A DNA stretch of 64,000 nt from Actinomycetota bacterium (GTDB lineage: Bacteria > Actinomycetota > Aquicultoria > UBA3085 > Oleimmundimicrobiaceae), in the NCBI GenBank assembly GCA_011046085.1, contig DSBK01000016.1, positions 1,050-65,049 on the forward strand, written 5' to 3'. The notes under the pieces are model-generated. The model was given only the letters and a program-made list of their open reading frames with translations. It was not told the origin of the DNA and ran no database searches. The number at the start of each line of letters is the position of its first letter. The stretch's first letter is position 1. Shown one piece after another: positions 40,245-50,842 of the stretch. A program made the position numbers and the translations under genes.

Positions 40245-40580
40245 GGGATTAAGGAGTAAGGAGAGTAACCGTAGTGTTTATTATGAGTATCTCACCCCAG
40301 TCTTATTGGAGTGATTTTCGGATACCGATCTGACGAAAGAAATCGCCAGACCTGTCTGCCGACAGGCAGTGATGGTAAAGACATCATTGCGAGGCTTCAG
40401 CCGAAGCAATCTTGCTGGTAAGTATAGCCTCTGTATTAGAAAGAGATCACCACGCTCACTTCATTCGCTCGTGATGACGATGAAGAAGCGAGGATATCAC
40501 TACGGGTTAAAGCTCTTGTGATGGCAAAAATAGGGTCATTGCGAGCCCCGATATTCATCGGGGCGCGACAATCTTATAAG
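40245..40580. repeat. Chain of intergenic hairpin repeats (GGAGTAAGG unit, ctgtctgccgacaggcag, cattgcgagg...gcaatc, gccccgat-attc-atcggggc)
   Basis: Modules shared with 187-470, 4341-4530, 47721-47875 and 62667-62740. Confidence 0.6.
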
Positions 40581-40633
40581 CGGTAGATGATGGAGTAAAG
40601 AATTTAAGGTTAACAAAGGATACAGTTTTGGAA

Positions 40634-41365
40634 ATGAAAAATGAAAATATGAAAATAACCAACAAACAGGTGTTGCATCGCCTAAGAATAAAATATGGCA
40701 AAAAGGATAGACTTAAATTTATATCTCATCTTGACCTTATCTCCACATTAGAAAGAGCTTTAAGGAGGGCGCGTCTCCCCTTTGTTTTAACGCAGGGGTT
40801 TAATCCCAGGGCAAAACTATCTTATGGCCCTCCTCTTCCGATTGGGATTGACAGTGAATCTGAATACGTAGATATATTTTTAAGCAAGAAGCTTGATTTA
40901 AAGGAAGTTACAAGTCGCATTAATTTAACGTTACCCGATGGCTTGCACGTTTTTCGGGCCGGATACATTCAACTTAACGAACCATCGATAACAAAATTTA
41001 TCGATCGTGCTAAATATCGAATAGAAATCAAAATCTTGGCCACAGACCTTGATGATGTTCAATGTTTAATTAACAAGTTGTTGTCAAAAAAGGAGCTTAG
41101 ATTTTTGAAAAGGGGAAAAGAAAAAAAAATATTTACACAAGAGGCAGTTTTTTCTATCCAAATTGTGGAGCGCAAGTTGGATAGAATTGTTTTAGAGGTT
41201 TTATTATCTATTGGAGATCAGGGGGAAATAAGGCCAGATATATTAATAGAGTTACTTTTTGATGGGTTTAAAAGCGGGATGGACTATGAAATACTGGGTA
41301 TTTATCGTATTGGGATGTATGCTAAAATTGGCAATGAACTTCATTGTCCTTTGGATACGAGGTGA
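40634..41365 (+). CDS. TIGR03936-family radical-SAM-linked protein (DUF2344)
   Basis: KFISHLDLISTLERALRRARLP...GFNPRAKLSYGPPLPIG. Confidence 0.75.
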   Translation: MKNENMKITNKQVLHRLRIKYGKKDRLKFISHLDLISTLERALRRARLPFVLTQGFNPRAKLSYGPPLPIGIDSESEYVDIFLSKKLDLKEVTSRINLTLPDGLHVFRAGYIQLNEPSITKFIDRAKYRIEIKILATDLDDVQCLINKLLSKKELRFLKRGKEKKIFTQEAVFSIQIVERKLDRIVLEVLLSIGDQGEIRPDILIELLFDGFKSGMDYEILGIYRIGMYAKIGNELHCPLDTR

Positions 41366-41379
41366 AACAAGGAGATTTA

Positions 41380-42891
41380 ATGAAAACAGAAATTAAAGAG
41401 ATGATGATTGCCGTGGACGAAGACGAGGTTCGGGTGGCTATTGTTGAAGATGCAAAACTTGCCGAAATTTACATAGAGCAAATTGACTCTTATTCCATAG
41501 TTGGGAACATCTATTTGGGTAGGGTAAAAAATGTGTTGCCTGGGATGGAAGCTGCCTTTGTTGATATAGGATTAAGAAAAAGCAGCTTTTTGTATGTGGA
41601 TGAGGTTCTTTTCCCTGAAGAGGAACTGGATCCCGCATCTCTAAAAATTCAACACATGCTGAAAGAGGGACAAGATATTTTAGTTCAAGTTATCCGGGAC
41701 CCTATGGGAACCAAAGGGGCACGGGTTACAACTTTTATAAGCTTAGCGGGCAAATATATGGTCTTGATGCCATATGGAGATAACGTAGGAGTTTCACGAC
41801 GTCTTCCTGATAATGAAAAGGCGAGGCTTAAAGAACTTGGTCTAAAAATTAAACCTCGCAGCATGGGTTTAATAGTAAGAACCGCTGCGGAGGGTGCAAA
41901 GTTCGACGATTTAAAAAAGGATTTAAATTACCTCAAAGGTTTATGGAAAAACATCAAAGCAAAAACTACCCGGGCTAAACCTCCAAAACTAATTTACTCT
42001 GAAGAAGATTTGGATTTAAAAATGATAAGGGATGTATTTACATCAGATTTTAAACGTTTGATGGTCGATTCTTCTGCGAGATATAAAAAAATAATGAACT
42101 ATTTAAAGAAAACAAACCCGGAGCTTAGGGAACGAGTCTATCTTTATAGAGACAGAATGCCTCTCTTTGATAAGTTTAACATCAACAATCAAATCAAGGA
42201 TGCCTTAAAGAGAAAAGCTTGGCTTCGCTCGGGAGGATATATTAGCATTGATCCCACAGAAGCTCTCACGGCAATCGATGTAAATACGGGTAAATATATT
42301 GGGAAAACAAGTTTGGAAGAAACAATTCTTAAAACAAATCTTGAAGCGGCTGAAGAAGTCGTCCGTCAGATACGCCTAAGAGACATAGGTGGAATTATCG
42401 TCATCGATTTTATAGACATGACAAACCCACGGCACAAAAAGCAGGTTTCCAAAATATTAAACGAAGCTCTTGAAAAAGATAGGACTAAAAGCAGAGTTGT
42501 TGAGATATCCAAACTGGGCTTGGTTGAAATGACCAGAAAAAATGTTTCAGAGGGAATATTAGATATTTTAAGTGAGCCATGTTTATGTTGCGGCGGTATA
42601 GGAAAAATTCCCTCAAAAAGAACGGTTTTTATCGACTTAAAAAGAAAATTAACCTCGTTTTTAACATCGAATCCTGAGAGAGCTTTTTTGTTCAAATTGC
42701 ATCCCGATGCGGCTGCTTTTATGGTCGGTAAAAATCAAGAAGATTTGCGAAAATTGCGTAGACGAACAGGGAAAGCGATATATATGATTGGGGATTCAGG
42801 CGTTGAGCTTGGTGAGTTTGAAATGGTTTTAAGTGGTATCAAAATGACCGTAAGAAAAGTCTTTATGGAAATGTCTAAATCTCTGGATTGA
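41380..42891 (+). CDS. rng: Ribonuclease E/G family (RNase G-like)
   Basis: S1 domain and catalytic core (DFIDM). Confidence 0.85.
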   Translation: MKTEIKEMMIAVDEDEVRVAIVEDAKLAEIYIEQIDSYSIVGNIYLGRVKNVLPGMEAAFVDIGLRKSSFLYVDEVLFPEEELDPASLKIQHMLKEGQDILVQVIRDPMGTKGARVTTFISLAGKYMVLMPYGDNVGVSRRLPDNEKARLKELGLKIKPRSMGLIVRTAAEGAKFDDLKKDLNYLKGLWKNIKAKTTRAKPPKLIYSEEDLDLKMIRDVFTSDFKRLMVDSSARYKKIMNYLKKTNPELRERVYLYRDRMPLFDKFNINNQIKDALKRKAWLRSGGYISIDPTEALTAIDVNTGKYIGKTSLEETILKTNLEAAEEVVRQIRLRDIGGIIVIDFIDMTNPRHKKQVSKILNEALEKDRTKSRVVEISKLGLVEMTRKNVSEGILDILSEPCLCCGGIGKIPSKRTVFIDLKRKLTSFLTSNPERAFLFKLHPDAAAFMVGKNQEDLRKLRRRTGKAIYMIGDSGVELGEFEMVLSGIKMTVRKVFMEMSKSLD

Positions 42892-42950
42892 CATGGAAAG
42901 AGACGTGCGTTAATATTATACGCTGTGTGAATGAAAAGGAGGAGTTTATT

Positions 42951-43520
42951 CTGTACGCGCTGATTAAATCCGGTGGAAAACAATATAAGGTTAAAGCGGG
43001 CGATGTGGTATTGCTTGAAAAGATTGAAGGCAAAGTTGGCGACTCACTGAACCTTAAAGATATAGTTTTTTTGTCAGATGGGAATGAAAATGTGGTTGGT
43101 TCAGAGAATTTGTCTAAGGCCAACATTAAAGGGACTATTGTTGAACAGACCAAAGGTGATAAGGTAATCGTTTATAAGCATAAAGCTAAAAAAGGTTATA
43201 GGAGAAAAAGAGGGCATCGTCAACTTATAACAAAAGTGCATATTGACGAGATTAATTTTGGTGAAAAAAGGTCTGTTCCTGTAGAAAAACCAAAGAAGGT
43301 TATCGAAAAGAAAGAAGTAAATAAAAAAGCAGAGAAGGCACCTGAAAAAAAGGAAGTAAAAAAGTCTGTGCCAAAAACTGTCAAAAAAACGACGGCGAAG
43401 GCGGCAACAAAAAAATCTTCAGGGAAATCGACCACCAAAAAGCTCGCTACGAGCAAGGTAAAAACAACTTCAAAGCCGAAGGCCAAATTGAAATCTACCA
43501 GTGAATCGAAATCTAAATAA
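42951..43520 (+). CDS. rplU: 50S ribosomal protein L21 with a Lys/Ala-rich C-terminal extension of about 85 aa
   Basis: YALIKSGGKQYKV core. The only in-frame start after the RBS AAAGGAGG is non-ATG (CTG 42951 / ATT 42948); GTG 42927 is the alternative. Confidence 0.7.
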   Translation: MYALIKSGGKQYKVKAGDVVLLEKIEGKVGDSLNLKDIVFLSDGNENVVGSENLSKANIKGTIVEQTKGDKVIVYKHKAKKGYRRKRGHRQLITKVHIDEINFGEKRSVPVEKPKKVIEKKEVNKKAEKAPEKKEVKKSVPKTVKKTTAKAATKKSSGKSTTKKLATSKVKTTSKPKAKLKSTSESKSK

Positions 43521-43540
43521 GGTTTACGAAGTGCGTTTTA

Positions 43541-43570
43541 TTGACAAAAACTGTATATTTTTGATATAAG
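43541..43570 (+). promoter_or_regulatory. Internal promoter-like element before rpmA (TTGACA, 17-nt spacer, extended -10 TGaTATAAG)
   Basis: Consensus match only. Confidence 0.35.
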
Positions 43571-43600
43571 TATTTTATAATAAATTTTGGGGGAATATAA

Positions 43601-43855
43601 ATGGCGCATAAAAAAGGGTTAGGAAGCAGCCGAAACGGAAGAGATAGTAACTCGAAAAGATTGGGTGTAAAAAGATTCGGGGGTCAATTTGTTACCACCG
43701 GAAGCATCATAGTTAGGCAAAGAGGGACCAAAGTTAGACCCGGCTTAAATGTGGGGCGCGGTAGCGATGACACTCTTTTTGCTAAAGCCGATGGTGTGGT
43801 GAAGTTCTACAAAAGTAACAACAACAAAAAAGTTGATGTTGTTGTCGAAGCATAA
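43601..43855 (+). CDS. rpmA: 50S ribosomal protein L27 (no N-terminal propeptide)
   Basis: [16 protein letters not shown]. Confidence 0.9.
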   Translation: MAHKKGLGSSRNGRDSNSKRLGVKRFGGQFVTTGSIIVRQRGTKVRPGLNVGRGSDDTLFAKADGVVKFYKSNNNKKVDVVVEA

Positions 43856-43884
43856 CGGTAGATATCATAGATTTGTGATTTTAA

Positions 43885-45243
<1,359 letters not shown>

Positions 45244-45265
45244 ATTAAGTGTATTTGGGAGAAAA

Positions 45266-46390
45266 ATGAAAAAGAAGTGTTTAGGAAACGGAAAAAAAAT
45301 TGTAGTTAAAATAGGTTCAAGCTTAATTACTGCGTCATCGGGCAAACTGGATTCGCGTCGGATGAAAAGTTTGGTTAATCAGGTGGCAACGCTCAAAAAG
45401 CGGGGGCATCAAGTTCTTATCGTTACTTCGGGCGCGATTGCTGCCGGGGTAGAATGCTTAGGATTAAAAACCAGACCCAAGGAAATCCCCGAGCTTCAGG
45501 CGGCTGCCTCTGTGGGGCAAGGCTTATTGATTGAGCGATACGCAAATCTTCTAGATAAACATGGTTTTAAAGTTGGTCAAGTTTTGATAACCCAGTTTGA
45601 TATCATACATCGACAACAATATTTGAACGCTAGAAACACACTCAATAAGCTCTTTGCTTTAGGGGTTGTTCCAGTTGTTAATGAAAATGACACTACGGCG
45701 GTAGATGAAATAAAATTTGGCGATAATGATACTCTTGCGGCTTTAGTGGCGAGCTTAATACAGGCAGATCTTTTGATACTTCTTTCTGACATTGAAGGCC
45801 TATATACGGTGGATCCTCGTTTAAATAAAGACGCGCAACTTATTCGCGAAGTTAAAAAGATAACCCCTGAAATCGAGTTATTAGCTGGTGGAGTGGGAAC
45901 GAAATTTGGCTCAGGGGGTATGGTAACCAAAATTCAGGCGGGCAAGATTACAACATTTGCCGGTGTTCGTATGGTTATAGTTGATGGAAGTAAACCCAAT
46001 GTGATTCTTGATGTGGTGGAAGGGAAACCGATCGGGACAGTTTTTCTACCTAAAAATAAACGAACTTCAAGTAAAAAACTCTGGATAGCGTTTGGCCGAA
46101 CATCTGAAGGCAAACTTATGGTCGATGACGGAGCAAAAAAAGCCATTGTCGAGGGTAAAAAAAGTTTGTTGCCCGCGGGTACGGTTGATTGTTATGGGAA
46201 ATTTAATATCGGGGATGCGGTAGATATCATAGATTTGAATGGAGCTCCATTTGCGAAGGGTTTGACAAACTTTGATTCCGATGAAGTAAAGAAGATTAAG
46301 GGCTTGCGAAGGAACGAGGTCATAAAGAAGCTTTCGGACGGGGCGAGCGAGGAGATAATCCATAGGGATTGTTTGGTGGTTCTTCATTAG
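45266..46390 (+). CDS. proB: Glutamate 5-kinase (with PUA domain)
   Basis: AAK fold (KIVVKIGSS) and C-terminal PUA. Confidence 0.85.
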   Translation: MKKKCLGNGKKIVVKIGSSLITASSGKLDSRRMKSLVNQVATLKKRGHQVLIVTSGAIAAGVECLGLKTRPKEIPELQAAASVGQGLLIERYANLLDKHGFKVGQVLITQFDIIHRQQYLNARNTLNKLFALGVVPVVNENDTTAVDEIKFGDNDTLAALVASLIQADLLILLSDIEGLYTVDPRLNKDAQLIREVKKITPEIELLAGGVGTKFGSGGMVTKIQAGKITTFAGVRMVIVDGSKPNVILDVVEGKPIGTVFLPKNKRTSSKKLWIAFGRTSEGKLMVDDGAKKAIVEGKKSLLPAGTVDCYGKFNIGDAVDIIDLNGAPFAKGLTNFDSDEVKKIKGLRRNEVIKKLSDGASEEIIHRDCLVVLH

Positions 46391-46452
46391 TTGTTGTGTG
46401 TATTTTAGAAACGATGAGCCAAAAGCTATTACTTGATTAGACGGGGGTTAAA

Positions 46453-47703
46453 ATGAGCGAAGTTTTAAAGTTGGGAAAGAAAGCCAAAGAAGCGGCGATA
46501 AAACTTGCGACAGTATCGGCCGAGGTAAAAAATTCTGCTTTAAACACAATGGCCGACGCATTGGTTGCGAATGCCGATAAAATTATCGATGCAAATAAAA
46601 AAGACTTAGAAGAGGGTAAAAGAAGGAAGATTTCTAAGGCGCTTATGGATCGTTTGTTTTTAAATAAGGCGCGGATAGAAGATATGGCTCAGGATTTAAG
46701 AGAAGTTGCTTTTTTAAAAGATCCCGTTGGTGAGATTGTAAAGGGTTGGAGGTTACCCAATGAGCTTGAAATACTACAAGCGAGAGTTCCGTTGGGTGTA
46801 ATTGGTTTAATCTATGAGGCGAGGCCGAATGTTACCGTGGATGCGGCGGGCCTTTGTATTAAGTCGGGCAATGTCGTGATTCTAAGAGGCGGCTCGGTTG
46901 CCATAAATTCCAATCTCGCTTTGACTAAAACAATTGCTGATGCGGCAATTAGGGCGGGGCTTCCCGAAAACTGTATTCAATCCATTGCGTCCACCGACAG
47001 GGCCGCTACAACCGAATTAATGAAAATGCGCTCACACGTTGACGTTTTAATACCGCGCGGCGGGGCATCTTTAATTCAATCGGTTATTGAAAATTCAACC
47101 ATTCCTGTGATTGAAACAGGCGTGGGCAACTGTCATGTGTATTTGGATAGAGGGGCGGATTTGGATATGGCCAAAAAAATTGTTATAAACGCGAAATGTC
47201 AACGTCCCGGTGTGTGTAATGCGGCTGAGACCTTGCTAATTCATAAAAGTTTGGTGGAAAAAGGGTTTCTTCCTGAAATTCTAAATGAACTCAAAGGAAA
47301 AAATGTTGAGATATTTGGTTGCGAAGTCACTTGCTCAATTGGTTCAGATATACTTAAGGCAACCGAAGAGGATTGGAAGACGGAATATCTGGATTTCAAG
47401 ATGGCTGTTAAGGTGGTTCAGTCTTTAGATGAAGCGATTGCTCATATCCAGAAATATGGAACCAAACATTCCGAAGCAATAATCACCGAGGATTATTCCG
47501 CTGCAAAGAAATTTACAGAAGAGGTTGATGCGGCGGCGGTATATGTAAATGCTTCAACTCGTTTTACCGATGGCGGGCAATATGGTTTTGGCGCTGAGAT
47601 AGGAATAAGCACGCAGAAACTTCACGCAAGGGGTCCAATGGGGCTAGAGGCATTAACTACGACAAAATATATTATTCATGGCAGCGGACAAATTCGCTCT
47701 TAG
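46453..47703 (+). CDS. proA: Gamma-glutamyl phosphate reductase
   Basis: Aldehyde dehydrogenase family; catalytic Cys in NAKCQRPGVCNAAETLL. Confidence 0.85.
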   Translation: MSEVLKLGKKAKEAAIKLATVSAEVKNSALNTMADALVANADKIIDANKKDLEEGKRRKISKALMDRLFLNKARIEDMAQDLREVAFLKDPVGEIVKGWRLPNELEILQARVPLGVIGLIYEARPNVTVDAAGLCIKSGNVVILRGGSVAINSNLALTKTIADAAIRAGLPENCIQSIASTDRAATTELMKMRSHVDVLIPRGGASLIQSVIENSTIPVIETGVGNCHVYLDRGADLDMAKKIVINAKCQRPGVCNAAETLLIHKSLVEKGFLPEILNELKGKNVEIFGCEVTCSIGSDILKATEEDWKTEYLDFKMAVKVVQSLDEAIAHIQKYGTKHSEAIITEDYSAAKKFTEEVDAAAVYVNASTRFTDGGQYGFGAEIGISTQKLHARGPMGLEALTTTKYIIHGSGQIRS

Positions 47704-47720
47704 ATATTGGCTGGTAAAAT

Positions 47721-47875
47721 TAAGGAGTAAGGATTAAGGAGTAAGGATTAAGGAGTAAGGAGAGTAACTGTAGGGGTCATTGACGTGCCTACCGGCAGGC
47801 AGGCGAGGAGCGATAGCGACGTGGCAATCTCAAAGAATTGGAAAGTGCAAAATGTAAATCCAGGGAAGAATATTT
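47721..47875. repeat. Tandem 14-bp repeat taaggagtaaggat x3 followed by ggggtcattgacg, ccggcaggcaggc, cgtggcaatctc, attggaaagtg and tgcaaaatgtaaat modules
   Basis: Direct reading; modules shared with 40245-40274, 262-273, 14459-14495. Confidence 0.6.
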
Positions 47876-47914
47876 CTTTTATCAGGGGAAACGGATATAA
47901 TAAAATTACTTTAG

Positions 47915-48559
47915 GTGATTACGTTGTCTCAAAAAAGGCCAATTAAAATCGGTATTATGGGTGGAACTTTTGACCCTATTCACAACGGTCATCTTGTAAC
48001 CGCTGAGGAGGCTTTAATTCAGTTTGATTTGGATAAAGTAATTTTTGTTCCAGCCGGTTATCCGCCTCACAAAGAAGAAAGAAAATCTTTAGATCCTGTA
48101 GAAAGATATCTCATGACCGTTATTGCAACGGCATCCAATTCGGATTTTGAAGTGTCAAGAATTGAAGTCGATAGAAAAGGACCCTCTTATACAATTGATA
48201 CCATCTCTGAATTTCGGGAGATGTATGGCGGTGGGACGGAAATATTTTTTATCACAGGAGCCGATGCGATACTTGAGATTATTACCTGGAGGGATGCCGA
48301 TAAGCTTGCCGGGATGTGCAAGTTTATCGCGGCAACTCGGCCGGGTTACTGCTTGAAAAAACTTAAAGAACTTCACGTTCTTCCCTATGAGAATAAAGAG
48401 CCGGAACAGGGGAAGCCAAAAATTTACATAATGGAAATACCGGCTCTTGCCATTTCTTCAACGGATATTAGAGAGCGTGTCAAAGAAGGACTTCCCATTA
48501 GATATCTTGTTTCGGAAGGAGTGGCAAACTACGTCCTTAAGTGTGGATTCTACAGGTGA
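47915..48559 (+). CDS. nadD: Nicotinate-nucleotide adenylyltransferase
   Basis: GGTFDPIHNGH motif. Confidence 0.85.
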   Translation: MITLSQKRPIKIGIMGGTFDPIHNGHLVTAEEALIQFDLDKVIFVPAGYPPHKEERKSLDPVERYLMTVIATASNSDFEVSRIEVDRKGPSYTIDTISEFREMYGGGTEIFFITGADAILEIITWRDADKLAGMCKFIAATRPGYCLKKLKELHVLPYENKEPEQGKPKIYIMEIPALAISSTDIRERVKEGLPIRYLVSEGVANYVLKCGFYR

Positions 48560-48566
48560 TGTTTTT

Positions 48567-49145
48567 TTGAGCCATAGCGAGCCTAAAATTTTAAACTTAC
48601 TTGCCGACTGGTTTGATAAGGAGCTTTTTGCTCACAGCTTGAGGGTAAGAGATGTCGCCAAAGAGATGGCAAAACACTTTAAAGTTGATGTAGAAAAAGC
48701 TTCTTTGGCCGGTTTGCTTCATGATTTTGGCAGGGGAATAAGAGAGGCTGATATGCTTTCTGAAGCGAAAAAGCTAAATATTCCCGTAAATTATGTTGAA
48801 AAGATTAATCCTTGTTTGCTTCATGCTCCCCTGGGAGGGAAGCTGGTAGTCTCACGCTTAGGAATTAAGGATGTCGATACAATAAATGCCATAAGTCGGC
48901 ACACGGTAGGCGAACCGCAAATGTCTGATTTGGATATGGTAGTATATATAGCCGATATGATTGAACCGGCCAGATCTTTTTCTGACTTGGAAAAAATTAG
49001 AGATTTTGGGCATAAAAGATTATTGGAAGTTTTTGAATTGGCATATGTTTGCACGCTTTATCACCTTTTAAAATGGAAGAAATTTATTCATCCTAAATCT
49101 TTTGAGGTTTGGAATTGGATCCAGTCATCAAAAATAGAAGAGTAA
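48567..49145 (+). CDS. yqeK: HD-domain bis(5'-nucleosyl)-tetraphosphatase YqeK
   Basis: HSLRV...LLHDFGR HD motif; TTG 48567 preferred, because the ORF-track start at 48447 overlaps nadD by 113 nt. Confidence 0.7.
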   Translation: MSHSEPKILNLLADWFDKELFAHSLRVRDVAKEMAKHFKVDVEKASLAGLLHDFGRGIREADMLSEAKKLNIPVNYVEKINPCLLHAPLGGKLVVSRLGIKDVDTINAISRHTVGEPQMSDLDMVVYIADMIEPARSFSDLEKIRDFGHKRLLEVFELAYVCTLYHLLKWKKFIHPKSFEVWNWIQSSKIEE

Positions 49146-50179
49146 AAATCAAAAGAGGTATCAGGTTAAGTAGACGGCTGGAGAGAAAGCGAAAGCTTAA
49201 ACGCATTCTTTTAATTGTCGCTGGGATTGTGGTTCTTGTTGGCGTGTTGGCTGGAGGTTTTGGTTTTCGTTTTCTAGGTCAGTTTTCAAAATATTTAACC
49301 TCTTTGAAGCCGAAAACTGCCTCTTTAAATCGGAACGTTGAGTCGAGCGGGGCTCCTTCAAAACCTAAACTTGGCGATAAAGTCATTTTTCTTGTTATGG
49401 GTGTGCAAACCGAAGACGGAAAAGTGAGTGTAGATGAGACGTTGACGTTGTTTTGTGATTTAAAAGAGGGGATTTTAAATGGAATATCTATACCCAAAGA
49501 TACGTTCATTGAAATTCCCGGGTTGGGATTCGAGAGGGTTGGAGGGATGCTTTCTTCTGGCAAGGATTCAACCGCCGTATCTGCAATCCAAAATCTTTTT
49601 GGAATTGAGCTTCATGGCTATGTTAAGCTTGACTACTTAGATCTCGAAAGAATTATGGATAAAAACGATTTTGAGAAGGTTTTTAAATTGGCAATAGACT
49701 CTGATATTTTGTCTGATCACAAAGAAAAGATATCGGAGGCGATTGAGAAGATGGATCCTCAGGAAGACATAAGTGTTGTCCCTCTTCCCGTCAAAAATCA
49801 TGCCGTTGGAGAAGGCATCTATTATGAACCAGACAAAGATAGAATGGAGGAGCTGCTTGCGGTTCTTTGGGGGGTGAGGATTAAGAAAGAAGAGACCGTA
49901 AGGGCCATGGTTTTAAACGGATGCGGCGTACCCGGCATAGCAGGAGAAGTTGCGGACAAATTGATAAATATGGGATATCAAGTGGTGGGAACGAAGAATG
50001 CGGATAATTTCAGTTATGAAGAGACTCAGATATTGGTTTATGGAGAGCACAATGAGGTCTCAACCAACATTCAAAAAACATTGGGGGTTGGTATAATTGT
50101 AAACCGTTCAATCACCCAAGACTTAGCGGATATCGTTGTGGTTGTGGGGAAAGATTATGTTTCAGATGAGGGAGAATAG
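49109..50179 (+). CDS. LytR-CpsA-Psr (LCP) family protein with a LytR_C domain
   Basis: N-terminal TM anchor; LCP core; C-terminal VLNGCGVPGIAGEVADKL segment. Confidence 0.7.
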   Translation: MELDPVIKNRRVKIKRGIRLSRRLERKRKLKRILLIVAGIVVLVGVLAGGFGFRFLGQFSKYLTSLKPKTASLNRNVESSGAPSKPKLGDKVIFLVMGVQTEDGKVSVDETLTLFCDLKEGILNGISIPKDTFIEIPGLGFERVGGMLSSGKDSTAVSAIQNLFGIELHGYVKLDYLDLERIMDKNDFEKVFKLAIDSDILSDHKEKISEAIEKMDPQEDISVVPLPVKNHAVGEGIYYEPDKDRMEELLAVLWGVRIKKEETVRAMVLNGCGVPGIAGEVADKLINMGYQVVGTKNADNFSYEETQILVYGEHNEVSTNIQKTLGVGIIVNRSITQDLADIVVVVGKDYVSDEGE

Positions 50180-50190
50180 AGGGAGATTGT

Positions 50191-50556
50191 TTGCTAGATA
50201 CAAAAGAGATTGTAAGAATAGCTACATATAAAGCTTATGAAAAAAAAGCTGAAAACATCATTGTTTTAGACTTAAGAAATCTGTTGAGCATCACCGATTA
50301 CTTTGTAATTTGTGAAGGTAAAAATGAGCGGCAGGTTGACTACATTTCTGATTTCATCCAGGAAAAGCTACGTGAGAAGAAAGAAAAGCCAATTGGGGTT
50401 GAAGGAAAAGGGAAAAATGGGTGGATTTTGCTCGATTATGGAAGTGTGGTCATCCATGTGTTTACCACTGAGGTAAGAGACTATTATCAGATTGAGCGTC
50501 TCTGGAAAGATGCTCCTCAAATTGAGTGGGAAGAAAACCCGAAACATAAGGTTTAA
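50191..50556 (+). CDS. rsfS: Ribosome silencing factor RsfS (Iojap)
   Basis: Iojap family; conserved nadD-yqeK-rsfS order. Confidence 0.85.
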   Translation: MLDTKEIVRIATYKAYEKKAENIIVLDLRNLLSITDYFVICEGKNERQVDYISDFIQEKLREKKEKPIGVEGKGKNGWILLDYGSVVIHVFTTEVRDYYQIERLWKDAPQIEWEENPKHKV

Positions 50557-50619
50557 CCATTTTATTATCCTTTGTGCAAAAACATATCCATAAATCAATG
50601 TTTGTTTAGACAAAATGCG

Positions 50620-50648
50620 TTGATTAATTAAGCTGCGTTTTATATAAT
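50620..50648 (+). promoter_or_regulatory. Consensus sigma-A promoter driving the leuS leader (-35 TTGATT 50620-50625, 17 nt, -10 TATAAT 50643-50648)
   Basis: Direct reading. Confidence 0.6.
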
Positions 50649-50666
50649 ATTCTGGCAATTGAATAT

Positions 50667-50842
50667 GAGGCGTTGAGAAGGAGTATTAGGTTTTAAGCTA
50701 GATTTAAGAGAGTTGGGAGGGTGCGAACCAACATCTGGCCAAATCAAACTCGCCTTGGAGCCCGAAGCTGAAAGCCAGGTTTGGTGTTAAGCGTAGCGTC
50801 TGGCGAACGTTAAGTCGCAAAAAGTGAGCAAAAGGTTTAAGT
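50667..50842 (+). promoter_or_regulatory. T-box leader 5' part: Stem I (GCGUUGAGAAGGAGUAUUAGG GA/AG boxes, AGAGAG bulge, distal loop, specifier CUC-G at about 50748-50751) and Stem II/IIA-B region with an F-box-like CGAACGUUAAG
   Basis: Close match to the B. subtilis glyQS Stem I 5' consensus (GCGAUGAGAAGAAGAGUAUUAAGG); the Leu codon CUC matches downstream leuS. Confidence 0.6.

Noticed and set aside
47721-47762. Tandem 14-bp repeats as a CRISPR array
   Set aside because: There are only about 3 units of 14 bp with no spacers and no cas genes. The unit is far shorter than a CRISPR repeat.
48447-48566. yqeK start at 48447 overlapping nadD by 113 nt
   Set aside because: The HD-domain protein aligns from about LSHSEPKILNLL onward. 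The extension is the nadD 3' end read in another frame, so TTG 48567 is preferred.
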